From positions 39,380-103,379 of the forward strand of contig CAWEEP010000059.1 of assembly GCA_963808125.1 (NCBI GenBank): a stretch of 64,000 bases of DNA, written 5' to 3'. The DNA is from Candidatus Dormiibacterota bacterium. Lineage in GTDB: Bacteria > Chloroflexota > Dormibacteria > Aeolococcales > Aeolococcaceae. The position numbers and the translations under genes were made by a program. Of this stretch, positions 19,697 through 30,300 are shown one piece after another. The notes beneath the pieces are model-generated. The model made no database searches. It had not been told where the DNA came from and was given only the letters and a program-made list of their open reading frames with translations. How positions within the stretch are numbered: the first letter of the stretch is position 1; each line of letters opens with the position of its first letter.

Positions 19697-19738
19697 GACC
19701 CGGGCGGCGCGACGCTCGACGCTGATGGCGACGGACTG

Positions 19739-20460
19739 ATGCCGCTGCCCGTGGTCATCCTCGCCGGCGGCCTCGCGACGCGGATGTACCCGCTCACTGA
19801 GACCGTACCCAAGGCGTTGCTACCGGTGAACGGGCGCCCCTTCGCGGACATCCAGCTGCGCTGGCTCAGTTTCTCGGGGTGCGCGACGTCGTGTACAGCA
19901 TCGCCTACTTGGGTGAGGCGATCCAAGAGCATGTCGGAGACGGTCGGCAATTCGGCCTTCGGGTCCGCTATGTGGCGGACGGCGAGCGGTACCTCGGTAC
20001 CGCCGGCGCGCTGCGCGCCGTCATCGACGCGCAGGCGGTGCCCAAAGACTTCGGGGTCGTCAACGGCGACTCCTTTCTCACCCTCGATCTCGCCGCGGTC
20101 GAACGTGCCTTCAGGGCGAGCGGCTCGCCGGCGCTGATGACAGTGATGCGCAACCGCGACCGCTGGGACAGCAGCAACGTGGTCTTCGACAAGGGGCGCG
20201 TCGTCGTCTACGACAAAAGCCGGCCCGGTGCGTCGCGGGACCGGATGGAGTGGATCGACTACGGTTTCTCGGTCCTGGCCCGCCACGCCATCACCGACCG
20301 CGTCGCGGCGGGCCAGGTCGCCGACCTCTCCGATGTGATGCGCGAACTGAGCCTCGCCGGACAGCTGGCTGGCTTCGAGGTTGCCGACCGCTTCTACGAG
20401 ATCGGCTCACCACAAGGATTAGCTGACCTCGAGCGCCACCTGGGACCGCTTGCCCCATAG
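19739..20460 (+). CDS. hddC: Sugar-1-phosphate nucleotidyltransferase, D-glycero-alpha-D-manno-heptose-1-phosphate guanylyltransferase-like; frame broken near nt 19866-19876
   Basis: MPLPVVILAGGLATRMYPLTETVPKALLPVNGRPFADIQLRWL on one frame, then …VRDVVYSIAYLGEAIQEHVGDG…YLGTAGAL…VVNGDSF… on the next. A single-base loss in agtttctc is inferred. Context is gmhA/gmhB/hddA. Confidence 0.75.
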
Positions 20461-20476
20461 TGCCGCCGGAGGCGGC

Positions 20477-21055
20477 TCAGATGTTCTCGATCGACCAGTC
20501 GAAGCCGATGCGAGGATCGTTCCAGCCGATCCGGCCCTCGTCGGGCTTCTGCGGGTCGTACGGCTCCGTAACATAGTAGTTGAGGATGACGTCGCGCAGG
20601 TCCAGCGCCTGGTAACCGTGCGCAACGAGCGGAGGGATGGCCACCATCTTGGGGGCGTTCTCACCCAGGATGACCACCTGGATGACGCCGCGGGTGGGTG
20701 ACTCGTGGCGCAGGTCGACTAGCACGACGCGCGCGTTGCCCTGGACAATGTCCCAGTAGTCCCACTGCTTCCTGTGCCAGTGGAAGGCCTTGATGAGCTC
20801 CGGCGGGTTGCCGCCCCGCGCGTAGGCGAGACTGCGCGACATCTGCGCGAACGGCTGCTCGGGGATGAAGAGGTTGCCATCGTCGTCCCTGTCGCCACGC
20901 TTCAGCTGCTCGATGAAGTAGCCGCGCTGGTCGGCCGATTTCCGGAACGTCTTGACGCGGACGTCGTGAATCCTTCCCAGCCGTTCGCGGGCCGGGGTGC
21001 CGGCCATGTCGTCGAGCACATGCTCCATCTCGGTGGGCACGGGTGTCCAGGCCAT
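20477..21055 (-). CDS. rmlC: dTDP-4-dehydrorhamnose 3,5-epimerase-like cupin
   Basis: ATG rc at 21055 (MAWTPVPTEMEHV…). …RGYFIEQLKRG…, …AFHWHRKQWDYWDIVQGNARVVLVDLR…, …PPLVAHGYQAL…, …YYVTEPYDPQKPDEGRIGWNDPRIGFDW…. 193 aa. The upstream 278 codons of the ORF are non-coding extension. Confidence 0.75.
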   Translation of the reverse strand: MAWTPVPTEMEHVLDDMAGTPARERLGRIHDVRVKTFRKSADQRGYFIEQLKRGDRDDDGNLFIPEQPFAQMSRSLAYARGGNPPELIKAFHWHRKQWDYWDIVQGNARVVLVDLRHESPTRGVIQVVILGENAPKMVAIPPLVAHGYQALDLRDVILNYYVTEPYDPQKPDEGRIGWNDPRIGFDWSIENI

Positions 21056-22152
21056 CAGCGCAACTCCACAATGGAATGGTCGCCCAGCATCAGCTTGTAG
21101 GCGCGGGGGCGGACCGGGGATCGACGGATGACGCAGCCTTTGCCGATAAGCGATGACTCGATCTTGCCGTCGGCGTTCTCGATGGTCGTGCCCGCCAGGA
21201 CGATGCTGTGCTCGATCTCCGCACTCCGTATCGTGCAGTCGGGGCTGATCGAGGTGTAGGGCCCGACGTAGGCGTCGTCGATCAACGTGCCGGTGCCGAT
21301 GATGGCGGGGCCCCTCACGGTGCAGTTGCGTAGCCGCGCACCGGCTTCGATGACGACCTTGCCCTCGATGCGCACGTCCGGGCCGACATCGCCGTCGACG
21401 CGGGGAGGCATGTCGTCGAGGACGATGCGATTGGCCTCGAGGAGGTCCTCGGGGCGGCCGGTGTCCTTCCACGTGGCCACCAGGGCCTCATGGGGCGCGG
21501 TGATGATGTGAGCACGCACCGTCTTGCCCTGGTCGATCATCTCCTGGATGGCGTCGGTGATCTCCAACTCCCCTCGAGGCGAGTAGTCGATCCGGTCGAT
21601 CGCATCGAAGATGGCCTGGGTGAAGAGATACACCCCAACCAGGGCCAGGTCGGAGCGCGGCACGGCTGGCTTCTCCACCAGCCGCACGACGCGGCCGTCC
21701 TCCAGCTCCGCGACGCCGAAGTGCTGGGGCTCCGAAACCCGGGCGAGCAGGATCATGGCGTCGGGTTCGGTGGCGCGGAACTCATCGACGATCGGGATGA
21801 TCCCGTGGCGGACGAGATTGTCGCCGAGGTACATGACGAAGGCGCTGCCGGCTAGGAAGTCCCGGGCGGTGAGAACGGCATGGGCGAGGCCGAGCGGAGC
21901 CTCCTGGCGGATGTAGGTGCAGCGGGCACCGAAGCTGGAACCGTCCCCGACGGCGGCCTCGACCTCGTCAGCGGTGTCGCCGGTGATGATGCCGATGTCG
22001 TCGATCCCTGCCGCGACCAGGGCGTCCATGGCGTAGAAGAGGATGGGCCGGTTGCCCACCGGGATCAGCTGCTTGGCACTGGTGTGGGTGATGGGACGCA
22101 GCCGGGTGCCCTTCCCCCCGCTGAGGATCAAGCCTTTGAGGGTTCGGGACAC
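21055..22152 (-). CDS. rmlA: Glucose-1-phosphate thymidylyltransferase, long form with C-terminal left-handed beta-helix
   Basis: GTG rc at 22152. GLILSGGKGTRLRPITHTSAKQLIPVGNRPILFYAMDAL…GLAHAV… are the N-terminal nucleotidyltransferase motifs. The C-terminal hexapeptide repeats (…IEGKVVIEAGARLRNCTVRGPAIIGTGTLIDDAYVGPYTSI…) are as in actinobacterial and archaeal RmlA. Confidence 0.85.
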   Translation of the reverse strand: MSRTLKGLILSGGKGTRLRPITHTSAKQLIPVGNRPILFYAMDALVAAGIDDIGIITGDTADEVEAAVGDGSSFGARCTYIRQEAPLGLAHAVLTARDFLAGSAFVMYLGDNLVRHGIIPIVDEFRATEPDAMILLARVSEPQHFGVAELEDGRVVRLVEKPAVPRSDLALVGVYLFTQAIFDAIDRIDYSPRGELEITDAIQEMIDQGKTVRAHIITAPHEALVATWKDTGRPEDLLEANRIVLDDMPPRVDGDVGPDVRIEGKVVIEAGARLRNCTVRGPAIIGTGTLIDDAYVGPYTSISPDCTIRSAEIEHSIVLAGTTIENADGKIESSLIGKGCVIRRSPVRPRAYKLMLGDHSIVELR

Positions 22153-22276
22153 AGGTTCAGGCTCTCCGGGCAGCGGTCGCCGGGCGCACGGGGAATGCCA
22201 CACTCGTCCCGGCGCTCCGGATCGGGCGCGAGTTCTACGCGATCGGACCGGATTTCGGGGCCGGGCGCGGTCCGTC

Positions 22277-23383
22277 TCACTGCCGCGGCTGCGGCCTCTT
22301 CACCGGCCGCAGCCTGTGATAGACACGGCTCGGCGCGCGCGACCACCGCCACATCCGGCTGCCCTCGATGGCGTCGAGACGACGCTGGGCGTCGATGAGA
22401 CGGCGGTTGAAGTCGGCCACCTCAGCGTTCAGCTCGACGATCCGTGCCTCGGCGCGGGCGGCGCGGGCTTGGCGGATGACGACCTCCGGCTCCAGCTCTC
22501 CGAAGAGGGAGTCCCGCTGCCGCGCCCGGCTGATCTTGACCACCATCTCCGCATCGCGGGCATCGAATGAGGCCGCCACCAGACCGTCCCCACTGAAGGA
22601 CTCGCCCACGGTGTGTTCGGCGATCACGTGCCCGCCGGCGGCTTCGACCGCCGCGAGGACGTTCTGATGGGTCATCGGATCCCCCGAGATCGAGTGATGA
22701 TGGGTCGATATCAGAGCGAATCGAATGTCACCGCGAGCGACGAGCGGTCGCAGCTGCTCGATGAGCGTTGTCTCCGCCCCCTGGATGTCGGCGAGGAGCA
22801 GGCTGACCCGCTCCATACCGCCGAGTGCCATCAGAGCCCGGACATCGAACTGGGGGACGTCGTGCAGCTCGCCGTCGCTCTCCGCCAGGAACCTCATCGT
22901 CCCGCCCGGATGGGGACCGACGGCGCCGTGCACGAAGGTCGCCGTCTCGCGGTTGTAGCCGAAATTCCGGCGGCCGACCTCGAGGAACCGCTCGTCCGGC
23001 TCCAGGTCGACGACGATGCTCGCGGGGAGCGCGTGCCGGAACCAGAGACTGTAGAAGGCCCACCAGCTGCCGAGCTCGATCATCGTGGGATGCTCGTCGG
23101 TGGCGAGCAGACGCTCCACCATGCGGGCGAAGACCAGTTCCTCCTGCGGCTCGTGATGGCCGCGAAGGCAGCGGATGATCTCCGTCGTCCAGCGGCCGCA
23201 GTACGCGTCCCTCTCGACCACGACGCCGTTGTGCATGACCTGAACGGCGACACCGTCCACTTCGCGGAAGCCACCGGCATCGGGGACCTTGGGCAGGTCG
23301 TCGCAGTCGTGACAGGAGACGGTCAGCGCAATGCGCCTGGCGTGGTCGGGAAAGTCGCTCAGATGCGGGCTACGCCGCTCCAT
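22277..23383 (-). CDS. SAM-dependent methyltransferase, FkbM-like, with C-terminal coiled-coil
   Basis: …MIELGSWWAFYSLWF… and …FLLADIQGAETTLI… resemble the FkbM-family MTase core. The C-terminal roughly 70 aa (…RAARAEARIVELNAEVADFNRRLIDAQRRLDAIEGS…) is predicted coiled coil. The family call is from motif memory only. Confidence 0.7.
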   Translation of the reverse strand: MERRSPHLSDFPDHARRIALTVSCHDCDDLPKVPDAGGFREVDGVAVQVMHNGVVVERDAYCGRWTTEIIRCLRGHHEPQEELVFARMVERLLATDEHPTMIELGSWWAFYSLWFRHALPASIVVDLEPDERFLEVGRRNFGYNRETATFVHGAVGPHPGGTMRFLAESDGELHDVPQFDVRALMALGGMERVSLLLADIQGAETTLIEQLRPLVARGDIRFALISTHHHSISGDPMTHQNVLAAVEAAGGHVIAEHTVGESFSGDGLVAASFDARDAEMVVKISRARQRDSLFGELEPEVVIRQARAARAEARIVELNAEVADFNRRLIDAQRRLDAIEGSRMWRWSRAPSRVYHRLRPVKRPQPRQ

Positions 23384-23527
23384 CGCATCTCATCGTGAAC
23401 GCCGGACGCCGGGTCATCCCTGACCTTGCGGCAGTAGTCTCATCTCGCCATGAAGCCTACCAGCACGGCAGCGGACCCGGTGATCGAGACCCCATCCCAG
23501 GATGGGCCTCCCGGGAAGCAGAAAAGG

Positions 23528-23902
23528 CTACACGAACGCCATCAACTCCTCGATCAGACCGGTCAGCCTGCTCTCGTCGACCGGCTTGGCGAGCACCCCT
23601 GCCGCGCCGAGCTGGTTGGCCCGGTCACGGGAGTGCGTGTCCCCCGGCTCGATCAGCACCACCACGCCGCCGGGGGGGCACTGCGGGGTGAACCGGATGG
23701 CCTGGAAATACTCCAGGCCGTCGGTGTCGAGACCCACGTCGATGACCAGGATGTCGGGGTTGAGCTGGGGCAGCTCGGCGCGGATCTCCCGGACCGCCCG
23801 GACCCAACGCACCGTGTGGCCGCGTGACTTGAGGTGGGCGATGAGGGGCCTGGCCACCGCGCCGTGCTCCTCGGCGATGAGGATGCGTGCGGCCCTGCTC
23901 AT
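23528..23902 (-). CDS. Stand-alone response-regulator receiver domain (CheY-like)
   Basis: ATG rc at 23902. ARILIAEEHGAVARPL…DILVIDVGLDTDGLEYFQAIRF…VVVLIEPGD…GAAGVLAKP gives the phospho-acceptor Asp and Thr/Lys positions of REC. No output domain and no kinase nearby. Confidence 0.75.
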   Translation of the reverse strand: MSRAARILIAEEHGAVARPLIAHLKSRGHTVRWVRAVREIRAELPQLNPDILVIDVGLDTDGLEYFQAIRFTPQCPPGGVVVLIEPGDTHSRDRANQLGAAGVLAKPVDESRLTGLIEELMAFV

Positions 23903-23971
23903 GCCGGGATCGTAGCGGCCTCGCGGCGGCACCTGCCCGGCGACGGCGGAGGTCGGCTATCCTGACCCTGG

Positions 23972-24604
23972 ATGGGACGGGTGCGGTCGATCCTCCAGGC
24001 CGCGAGGCTCCGCTCGGCGGGCGACGCCGAGCCTGCTGACCCCACGACGCCGACCGCTCACCGCGTCCTGGTCGACGCCAGCACCCGGACCTTCTGGTCG
24101 CGCGGCGCGACGGTCCCGGTGACGCTGGTGGAGGCCGACGAGGTCCCGCCCCCCGGCAACGCACCAGGCCGGGTGAGGGCCATGGTCGCCGCCCACGAGC
24201 GCGGCACGGACGGCGCCGCGCGCCGAGGGACCGGGGATCCCGCGTTCAGCGAGACGCTGTTCGTGGAGCTGGTCCGTGGGGGGCAGTACGGGCGGGCCTT
24301 CGCTCTCCTGGCGCCCGGCTGCCAGCGCCGCTGGGGTACCGCCGAGCGCTTTGCCGCCGCGCACAGCGGCGATGCCCGGCGCCGCCTCCATGGCGTCACC
24401 GTGGTCGGAGTTCGCCGTCTCGAGGCGTGGTCCGACCCCGAGACGGGCGAACGCCATCGAGACGTCGCCGAACTCGATGTCGAATACAACTTCGACGCCG
24501 GGGCCCGGGCCGCTGTGCTCCGTCGGACGGTCCATCTCGTCGCCGTGGCGGGGACGTGGCGCTCCCTTTCCTACCCGGAGAGACCGGCCGGGGCCACCAG
24601 CTGA
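23972..24604 (+). CDS. Hypothetical protein
   Basis: 210-aa ORF divergent from the REC gene. No recognisable motif. Composition plausible for coding. Confidence 0.35.
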   Translation: MGRVRSILQAARLRSAGDAEPADPTTPTAHRVLVDASTRTFWSRGATVPVTLVEADEVPPPGNAPGRVRAMVAAHERGTDGAARRGTGDPAFSETLFVELVRGGQYGRAFALLAPGCQRRWGTAERFAAAHSGDARRRLHGVTVVGVRRLEAWSDPETGERHRDVAELDVEYNFDAGARAAVLRRTVHLVAVAGTWRSLSYPERPAGATS

Positions 24605-24653
24605 TCGTCACCAGCTCAGAACCTCCCGGACGGGCCGCGATATCTAGAATGCG

Positions 24654-25046
24654 TTGATGATCTCCGCCGCCGTCCTGCGCAGCCAGCCTGGTCCGCTGGC
24701 CCGGACACGCGCCGAACTCATCCACATCGAGCGCCGTGCCGCCTTCCGGCGGGCGCGCCTCACCCGGGAGCGGATGTGGCTCAACGAGTCCGACACGCTG
24801 CTCGATCTCGTCGAGGAGTGCCGCCTGCGCCGGATCAGCCCGCTGCCCGTCGCACTGTGGTCCGCCGTAGTCCGCCTGGTGGGCACCGTCGAGCCGGCGC
24901 TGCGCGACGAGTTGGGGATCAACCGCGACGCCGACCACGTGTGCGACGTCCTGTTCGCGGCCCAGGAGGTTCTCCAGGAGCGAGCCCACAGGGCGCGCCA
25001 GCCTCAGCTGGCCCCGATCATCCAGCTGTTCCCGGGCGCGGGCTGA
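24654..25046 (+). CDS. Hypothetical protein
   Basis: 130-aa ORF, no recognisable motif. Confidence 0.3.
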   Translation: MMISAAVLRSQPGPLARTRAELIHIERRAAFRRARLTRERMWLNESDTLLDLVEECRLRRISPLPVALWSAVVRLVGTVEPALRDELGINRDADHVCDVLFAAQEVLQERAHRARQPQLAPIIQLFPGAG

Positions 25047-25076
25047 CCCGGGTCACTCCCACAGCACCTCCGCGCC

Positions 25077-25955
25077 ATGGCCTGGGAGATCTCGGTGGCG
25101 GGCACCGTCCACCTCGACGACGTCGAGACGCCTCGCGGCCACCGGCCGCGCCAGCTGGGCGGTTCGGCCCTCTACTTCTCCCTCGCCGCGGCGCCCCAAG
25201 CACGCGTCCATTTCCACGCCATCGCGGGACGCGACTGCGAGGAGGAGTTGCGCCGGACCCTTGCCGGACTTCCCGTCGACCTCTCCGGCCTGACCGTCAG
25301 TGAGACACCGACCTTCCGCTGGCACGCCGTCCATGACTTCGAGCGGTGGGAGGCAGAGACCATCGCCGAGGAGCCGGGCTGCGAACCCGAGTGGCGCCCG
25401 CGCCTGAGTAGGGAGGCCGCCGGTGCAGAGGTGCTCTTCCTCGGCAGTCTGGCGCCGGCCCTGCAGAGGGAGGTCCTGGCGCAATCATCGGCACGCCTGA
25501 TCGGGATGGACAGCATGACCTGCTTCACCGGGCCGGAGCGCGCCGCCGTGCTGACCTTGGCCGGGGCCTGCGACGTCCTATTCTTCAACCGCGCCGAGCT
25601 GATGAGCCTCGTCCCCGGCGCCCGGGACTGGCGGGACGCGGCCCTGGGCCTGGCGGGCCGGGGGCGGCTCCGCGCCCTGGTGGTCAAGGCCGGGCCCCTC
25701 GGGGCGGCCCTCGTCACCACCGATGGGATCGTCCACCGGCCCGCCTCCCCGGTCGGCGACGTCGTCGATCCCACGGGCGCGGGAGACGGGGTCGCCGGAG
25801 GCTTCCTGGGGCACTGCGCGAGCGTCGGGCGCGACGACGACGAGACCTTTCTCGATGCGCTGGACGAGGGCCTCCGGCGTGCCGCCGCCGTCATCGGCAC
25901 GTTCGGCACGACCGGGCTGCGCGCCCTCGCCACCGGCACCTCCGAGAGGTCGTGA
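25077..25955 (+). CDS. PfkB/ribokinase-family carbohydrate kinase
   Basis: …DVLFFNRAEL… and the C-terminal anion hole DPTGAGDGVAGGFL (DTxGAGD) are diagnostic of the PfkB family. Confidence 0.8.
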   Translation: MAWEISVAGTVHLDDVETPRGHRPRQLGGSALYFSLAAAPQARVHFHAIAGRDCEEELRRTLAGLPVDLSGLTVSETPTFRWHAVHDFERWEAETIAEEPGCEPEWRPRLSREAAGAEVLFLGSLAPALQREVLAQSSARLIGMDSMTCFTGPERAAVLTLAGACDVLFFNRAELMSLVPGARDWRDAALGLAGRGRLRALVVKAGPLGAALVTTDGIVHRPASPVGDVVDPTGAGDGVAGGFLGHCASVGRDDDETFLDALDEGLRRAAAVIGTFGTTGLRALATGTSERS

Positions 25956-26010
25956 GCGGCACGACCGCCTCAGATCACGATGTCGAAAGGCAGGCGGGTA
26001 AAGTGGGGAC

Positions 26011-26349
26011 ATGATGCGTTATGGATTCGGTCGCGGCATCGGTTTCGGCTTCCCCCTCTGGGGAGCCATTGTCGGGTTCGTTCTCCTCTTCCTCCTCGTC
26101 GCTGCCATCGCCTGGCTCATCGTGGTCCTCGCCCGTCCTAGGCGCTTCGGACCCATGGACCCGTTCGCGTACCGGCACCCGCACCACAACCCGGCGCTCC
26201 ACGAGTTGGATCTCGCCTACGCGAGGGGCCAGGTCAGCCGCGAGGAGTACCTCCGGCGCAGGGCCGACCTCAGCTGGTCGGGTTACCCGGGCGGCCCCCC
26301 GGCTGGCTCCCCGCAGGAACCGGGCGAGAGTTCCACGCCTCCGCAGTAG
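26011..26349 (+). CDS. SHOCT-domain small membrane protein
   Basis: N-terminal TM helix, C-terminal …ELDLAYARGQVSREEYLRRRADL… (SHOCT-like). Confidence 0.5.
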   Translation: MMRYGFGRGIGFGFPLWGAIVGFVLLFLLVAAIAWLIVVLARPRRFGPMDPFAYRHPHHNPALHELDLAYARGQVSREEYLRRRADLSWSGYPGGPPAGSPQEPGESSTPPQ

Positions 26350-26403
26350 CGAAGGGCGGCGCCGCTTCCAGGCGGCTCTGACGCGTCGTCGCGATCCCGT
26401 CGC

Positions 26404-27264
26404 TCACGCTTTCCGGGCCGCGACGATGGTCATTTCGCCAAATCTGAGGGGTAGACGCACATGTGCCGGTCTGAGCGCGAGCAGCCCCCGACTTGCCCGC
26501 GTCAGGGCCCGCATCGGGCCCGGTCCGAACGTCGCCGCCTGCCCGAACAGATAGGCAAAGGTCACGTATTTGGTGGTGGGGACGACCTTGAGGATCTTCA
26601 TCCCGGCCGAGTCCAGGGCGATTCGCATACCACGCAGGGAGAACAGGACCAGATGCTCCTCCCGATACTGTGGCCACAGGCGTCCTGTCATGCGATGAAC
26701 GGCTGATCCCGCCCGCGGGGTGGAGATCAACAGCCGACCCTGCGGCGCGAGAACGGCGGCCGCGGCACCGAGCGTCTCGCCCGGCGATCGCACATGCTCG
26801 ATGAAGTCGAACATAGTCACGATGTCCCAGCCGCCCTTGACGGTTACGGGATCGAGCTCCCCGCAGAGAAAGTCGGCGTCGGGGACTCGCTTCCTCGCCA
26901 CATCGATGGCCGCGGCATTCAGATCAACTCCGGTGACCTTCAGTCCGGCTGAGACAGCCGCCTCAGCGAGTTCGCCCTGGGCACAGCCGACATCGAGAAG
27001 GCGCGCGCCGGCGACCGGCTTGAGGAACGCCAAGGCTCGCAAGAACGTTCTGGCCTTCATGGCGCGAACGACCGGAGCCCTTTCCCATTGCCATGGCTCG
27101 TAGTAGCTGGGACCGTAGATCGCCGACAAGCGCGCGTCGTCCGGCTGAGGGGAGAGGAACTCCGAGTCGCAGTCCATGCACCGGACCAGGCGCGTATACC
27201 CATACACGGCACGCCCGGCGGCCACCCCTATCTCGACGCCGCAGGCGGGACAGCTTTCAGCCAT
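26404..27264 (-). CDS. Class I SAM-dependent methyltransferase with N-terminal zinc ribbon
   Basis: MAESCPACG…CMDCD, then motif I LLDVGCAQG, post-I, motif II …IVTMFDFIEHV…, motif III …LAPQGRLLIST…. Confidence 0.8.
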   Translation of the reverse strand: MAESCPACGVEIGVAAGRAVYGYTRLVRCMDCDSEFLSPQPDDARLSAIYGPSYYEPWQWERAPVVRAMKARTFLRALAFLKPVAGARLLDVGCAQGELAEAAVSAGLKVTGVDLNAAAIDVARKRVPDADFLCGELDPVTVKGGWDIVTMFDFIEHVRSPGETLGAAAAVLAPQGRLLISTPRAGSAVHRMTGRLWPQYREEHLVLFSLRGMRIALDSAGMKILKVVPTTKYVTFAYLFGQAATFGPGPMRALTRASRGLLALRPAHVRLPLRFGEMTIVAARKA

Positions 27265-27369
27265 GTTCGAGCGTCACCTCCGCCACTCGGACCGGATGCG
27301 CCACTCGCTCCGGCGTGTCGACGGCCCGTATCCTACGGCTTCCCGCCTGGGCTCAGGCGGCGTCCGCGC

Positions 27370-30300
27370 ATGGTATCGTACGCGCGGTTTTCGGGAGTAA
27401 CGGCCCGTTCGCCGCGCTCATGGAGGACCCTCGACACCTTGGGTGGCCCTGAACTGGGAGACGCCGCGGCGGTTGGCGGCGCGCCCCCGCGTCACGAGGC
27501 CGTCGATCCGCGGGCGCCAGCGCCGCCCGAGGCGTCCACTTCCGCGCTGAGAGCCGCCCGTGTGGCTGTTGTCGGCGCCGCAGCGCTGAGCTGGGTGGTG
27601 TGGGGGCGGGTGGGCACCCAGCTCTCGGTGAGGACGGACATCGTCGGCGGCACCACGTTCTACGACTTCGACATCTACCAGTACCTGGACTATCTCTACA
27701 TCGTCCTGCTCCTGCTCCCTGCTCTGGCCGCCGCCCTGTTCCTGGCACTGAGCCGCTGGGGGCCTCTGGCCTCCCGGCGATCACGACCGTCGTGGCCCCC
27801 ACTGCTTTCACGCCGCGAGGGAGCGTCTCCCGACCGCCGGGCGGCTCCGGAACCGGCGGCAACGGCATCGATCGAGGCGGCGGGCGGAGACGTCCCCAAT
27901 CGGCGGCGGCTGTCGCCCCTGGAAATGGCCGGTGTCGCAGCCCGCCTGCTCCTGCCGGCCCTGGTGATCGCGGCGGAGATCGAGGTTGGTGTCTCGACGC
28001 GAGGCCAGATTCTCACCTTCGGCAAGATGGGTGTCGGCGTGGTGATCATCTATATCGTTCTCGTACTCACCGTGGCCCTGCTCTGCGAGAAGTGGGGACA
28101 TGCTGGGGTCGCCGCCCTTTCCGCCGCCAACGCGGTCATCGCCACTGCGGTCGTCCCCTTGCTGCTTCTCGTCTCGGCATCAACATCGGTGTTCGTCGCC
28201 TCCGACCACGACGTCGTCCGTTACCCGTGGCTCCCCATTTGGGTGGCGGTGCCTGTCGCCGCCGCCATCGTGGTGGGGGTTGGCCTAGGGCTGGCCCGCG
28301 GCGGTTGGAAGGCAGCCCACAGTATCGAGCGCTGGGTGCTCATCGCCGCGGTGATGCCGGTGGCGCTGTTCCTCGCGACCGCCATGCTTCAGGGCGCTCA
28401 GGGCGCGATCAACGCCTTCGACGACTCGCAATCGATGGTGGGCGCACAACTCGTCTTCGGCCACGGTCTCCTCCCTTGGAAGAGCGTGTTCCTGCTGCAC
28501 GGCTTCCTCGCCGACGGGTTCGACGGAGCGCTCGGCATCTGGGCCTTCGGCGCCACGCGGTGGGCATCGAATTCCGGTCTCTCGTTCTTCGTCACACCGG
28601 TGACGGTGATCTGCCTCTGCGGGTTCATCGCCTACTTCTGCCGCAGGAACTGGGCACTCGTGGTGGGCGGAGCCCTTGTCCTCCTCCTCGGCCTGCTCTC
28701 GAATCCGTACTCGCCCCGTTACGTGCTCGTCCCGGTGGTGCTGATCCTCTTCGACATGGTGCTGCGCCGGCCCAGTTGGCGCCGCTGCTGGCTGTTCATG
28801 AGTGCAGTCGTGTTCACCGCGATCGTCACGCCAGAGGCGACCATCCTCGTCGTCGGGGTGCTCGTCACTCTTGCCGGCGCGGAGCTGGTTCACCACCGCT
28901 GGGGCACGCCGGTCCTCGACGGCTTTCCCGCCACGGTGCGTTCCATCGTCGCCGGCTCGGTCCTGACGGCGCTGTGGGTCGCCTTTCTTCTCGCCAACGG
29001 CGCCCTCTCAGGCTTCGTCAACTACTACACGAGCACCGTGGCAGGGCATGAACTGTGGGGAGCCCTGTCGATTGCCTGGCCGCTGAACGGAGACCTCAAT
29101 TCGACGGTCTGGTTCGCACTGCCCATCGCCCTTTTCCTGCTCACCGTCGCAAAGGTGGTGCGGAAGCTCCACCGCCGTTCGCCGTGGCGAAGTGCGGAGT
29201 GGACACTGGTCGCGTCGTCCACCTTCGTCCCGCTCTTCTACCAGGTCATCATCGACCGCTTCGACCCACCACACATCGACGAGGTCGCCGCTGCGCTCAT
29301 CCCCTTCGTGTTCCTCTGGGGAATCGAGGGCGTGGCGGCGGCCGATCGCCTCCTCGCCCGGCTCGGCACCCGGGCGTCCGGCTGGATCTCGCGGCATGGC
29401 GCACGACGGCGCGATACCCGTGCCTGGAGTGGATTCGGCGGGCAGTGGAGGGCCGCCACCCCTGCGGCGCTGGCGGTGATCGTCGGGGTCGTCCTCTGGT
29501 CCCCCAACCGCTGGCCTATCTCAAGACCATCCCCGGCCACTTCCACCCCACGGTCCCCGTCGAGGCTCCGACGGCGCTGCCTCTGGGCTACACCCTCCCA
29601 GGGTCGATCGACACGACACAGCTCGAGGATCTCTCGACCGTGCTCGACCTCTACGCCGGTCCCTCCGGCCCAGTCGTTGACTTCGCCGAGGAGATGGGCG
29701 TGACGTACTATCTCCTCGGTCGGGTTCCCGGAGCACCCTTCGTGGTCATCAGTTCGGCCCAGACTGCCGCCGCCCAGCAGGAGGATATAGCCGCCCTGCG
29801 CCAGAGTCGCCCGCCGGTCGCGATCTTCAATGACGCGACGTTTGGACTTACCGACTACGACGGCATCTGGAGTATGGAGCGGGACTACCTCGTGAGCCAG
29901 TATCTCCTCGACAACTACCGTCCCATCCTTGACGTGGAGGGCCAGATCGTCATGCTGCGGGACGACCTGGTGAACACGGCACCGCCGCCCCCGACCCTCC
30001 AGATCGCGCCGGTCACCACGGGGCTGTACTTCGCCGGTGAGCCCTCATGCGCCTGGGGCGACGTGCCCGACTTTTTCGATCCCCCAACGGCGACCGAGAT
30101 CAGCGATGGGGTGGCGGTGCCGACGGCTGCCGATGTCCCCCCCGCCACGATGGCGGCGTCCACGTCGCTGCTGAGCCTCACCGTGCCCGGGGCGCTGACC
30201 TCGTATCAATGGCTCGAGTTCTCCGCCCCTCCGGTTTCGGCCGGGCGACCATCCAAGTCACGGATCAGACGCTGGGGGCCAAGGCATCCCACGTCATCAG

